The position numbers were made by a program, and so were the translations under genes. 9,004 nucleotides of DNA from Octopus sinensis. Taxonomy: Eukaryota. This document shows, in pieces, positions 7,057-9,004 of the stretch. Position 1 is the first letter of the stretch. Each line of letters starts with the position of its first letter. The DNA lies in the NCBI RefSeq assembly GCF_006345805.1, contig NW_021828194.1, positions 1 to 9,004 of the forward strand. The letters run 5' to 3'. The notes below the pieces were generated by a model, which was not told where the DNA came from, searched no databases, and was given only the letters and a program-made list of their open reading frames with translations.

Positions 7057-7289
7057 TGGTGGCGGCGGGAGATGGTGCTAGTATTGGCGGTGGTGCAGGT
7101 GGTGGTGGTGGTGGTGGCGGCGGTGGTGGCGGTGGCGGTGGTTGTGGTAGTGGTGGTGGTGGCGGTGGCGGTGGTGGTGGTGGTGCAGGTGGTGGTGGTG
7201 GTGGTGGTGGTGGTGGTGGTGGTGTGGTGGTATTGGCGGTGGTGCAGGTGGTGGTGGTGGTGGTGGTGGTGGTGGTGGTGGTGGTGGTG
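7057..7289. repeat. (GGT/GGC)n trinucleotide array
   Basis: Visible; source of the poly-Gly/Pro/Val/Trp ORFs. Confidence 0.97.
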
Positions 7290-7404
7290 ATAGTGCTGTT
7301 GTTGTCGTCTTTAGGAGAGAAACGACAAAACGACAACCAGCTGAAGAATTAGATTGAAGATTTATCTATATTAGATTGATGATGTCGAATGAACGATACA
7401 CAGC

Positions 7405-7495
7405 GAGAGAGGGAGAGGGAGAGGGGAAGGGAGAGGGAGAGAGGGGGAGGGGGAGGGGGAGAGAGAGAGGGAGAATTGGGAGGGAGAGAAAGAGA
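7405..7495 (+). repeat. Polypurine GA/GGGA tract
   Basis: Almost pure purine, with 11 runs of three or more G between 7411 and 7484. Confidence 0.9.
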
Positions 7496-7656
7496 AGTAA
7501 CATAGAGACTGTGACAGATATAGAGACAGTTTGTCAGAGAGACACTGACGGACCGACCAACCGACATAATGAGAAAACAGAGAATTTAGCGAGAGACGGA
7601 CAATGAGAGAGATAAGCATAGGCACGTTTGTAGGTAGTTTGGAACGGAAAAAGATA

Positions 7657-7657
7657 C

Positions 7658-7714
<57 letters not shown>

Positions 7715-7819
7715 GATAGAGAGAGAGAGGGACAGACAGACAGACAGATAGGTAGATAGAGAGAGAGAGACAGACAGAGACAGAGACAGATAGGTAGATA
7801 GATAGGTAGATAGATAGAT

Positions 7820-7852
<33 letters not shown>

Positions 7853-7858
7853 ATATAG

Positions 7859-7919
<61 letters not shown>
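7657..7919. repeat. Compound microsatellite (TG, TA, GA, GACA, GATA)
   Basis: Visible. Confidence 0.95.
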
Positions 7920-8220
7920 GGAAGGATACTGACAGTGAGGTAGTGAGAGTCAGAGGAGGTAATCAAAAATCATATGGGAAAGAGTGAAATAGAAAGAGTG
8001 AGAGAGGTGGGAGAAAAAAGGAAGAGATCATTAGGGAGAGGGGTTAAAGGGGGAGGGAGAGAAAGTGTGATAGAGAGTGATAGAGATACTGAATTGAATC
8101 TGTCAAGATTGCCAGAGACTGATCCCGTGATTAGACTTAAAGATTTTTGTAAGTTTCCCGCCATGACCATGAGATAACTTTTGCGCCGAAAATTAAGGCT
8201 TAATTTTCGAACTCCAGTCA

Positions 8221-8820
8221 ATTTCTTTATTAACCATGAGGTTGAGAAAAAAAGGGGACGATACGAGGACAGACAAAACAAAAGTTGGGGTCAGGGTATC
8301 GAATGAGACGAAACGTATGAATAAACAAACAATTAAAATATATACAATTAAATGAGAATGAGTGATTTACAAAAAATGAAGCGGAGGACGCGGTCGACCC
8401 CACAAACCACATACTCACACTGAAGACTTTGCTTTCTTCTTTTTTATATTCTCGTTTATAGCAACATACTTGCTATAGACTTCCATCTTTTACGAAACAC
8501 ACTTTGCGACAGACATTTCCTCTCCAGCCTTATTTTCCGTTTCATGTGGAAAACGAAAAAGTTGATTAGCTCGAGACTGGAGATGAACATGCCTGTTGCA
8601 ATTCCTTTCACCCTCGTCTTCCATACTACCTCTTTCGCAACAGCAACTACGGAGAGAAAGCAGGCTCGCTCCGCCCTGTTCAGGGAGGTCGGCGGAACGA
8701 TCTTAATTACAGATTCGCTCGACAGTTGTACTCTTCTCGAATGCGACAGTAGGTATTCGACATAAGCGAGGCAAGGAAGTTGCGACAAAGCCTCATGTCT
8801 TTTTGTCGTCGCATCTTTTG
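8221..8820 (-). mobile_element. 3' fragment of a non-LTR retrotransposon, probably L1/Tx1 clade (ORF2 C-terminus plus 3' UTR)
   Basis: ORF 8788-8456 (AYVEYLLS...KIVPPTSLNRAERACFLSVVAVAKEVVWKTRVKG...INFFVFHMKRKIRLERKCLS...KRW) has the K..[VI]W..R motif and the R[LI]ER...F..RW ending typical of the region after the zinc knuckle in Tx1/L1 ORF2. Only degraded R-C and H residues of the knuckle remain near 8795-8815. A T-rich 3' UTR follows, with AATAAA at 8231-8226. Family assignment is from memory. Confidence 0.6.
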
Positions 8821-8949
8821 AAAATCAAAATATCTATGAAACCGGTTAAGCCTTTATAGTATAAAAGGAACCCCTAAAAGACTCTCACTGCATTTTCAAC
8901 TTCTTTTATATATGTGTGTGTGTGCGTGTTTGTGTATTGTATAGGTTCA

Positions 8950-9004
8950 GGCGTAGCTCTATGGTAAGAAGTTTGCTTCCCAACCACATGGTTGCAGGTT
9001 CGTC
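8950..9004 (+). mobile_element. SINE family 2 head, truncated by the window end
   Basis: A-box-like TAGCTCTATGG (8954-8964), start of a B-box GGTTCG (8997-9002), and an 18-nt identity with 4658-4675. Confidence 0.75.

Noticed and set aside
1196-7966. Most ORFs in the track (IYIY, MYVC/IHTY, RERE, SLSL, poly-G/P/V/W, HTHT)
   Set aside because: They are translations of microsatellites that lack stop codons and contain no recognisable domain.
7974-8177. 67-aa ORF MGKSEIERVRE...
   Set aside because: Mostly derived from a GA-rich low-complexity tract; no domain recognised.
8300-8320. GACGAAACGTA, an HHR-like 3' half
   Set aside because: No core upstream, and it lies antisense within the inferred LINE 3' UTR; likely chance.
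8836-8850. GAAACCGGTT palindrome resembling an HHR stem III
   Set aside because: No CTGANGA core or stem II upstream.

Overview
AT-rich, microsatellite-saturated eukaryotic non-coding DNA (intergenic or intronic). The SINE and LINE remnants resemble, from memory, those of octopus/coleoid cephalopod genomes; this is inference, not a database result. I can support no intact protein-coding gene, and nearly all listed ORFs are translations of simple repeats. The window holds fragments of two tRNA-derived SINE families, a decayed RTE-type LINE ORF2 fragment (~4307-4639, +) and the 3' end of a probable L1/Tx1-type LINE (~8221-8820, -). The main signal is an unusual concentration of hammerhead ribozyme (HHR) motifs of the type associated with Penelope-like element (PLE) terminal repeats. 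These are a near-complete type I HHR with a long extended stem II (137-243, -), an HHR paired with an inverted core-deleted copy of itself (2327-2501), two minimal dimer-type HHRs (1633-1665 and 6214-6251, +), two degenerate HHR-like motifs inside ~100-bp direct repeats (5175-5807, -) and two core-less 3' halves (1013-1093, 5043-5102).
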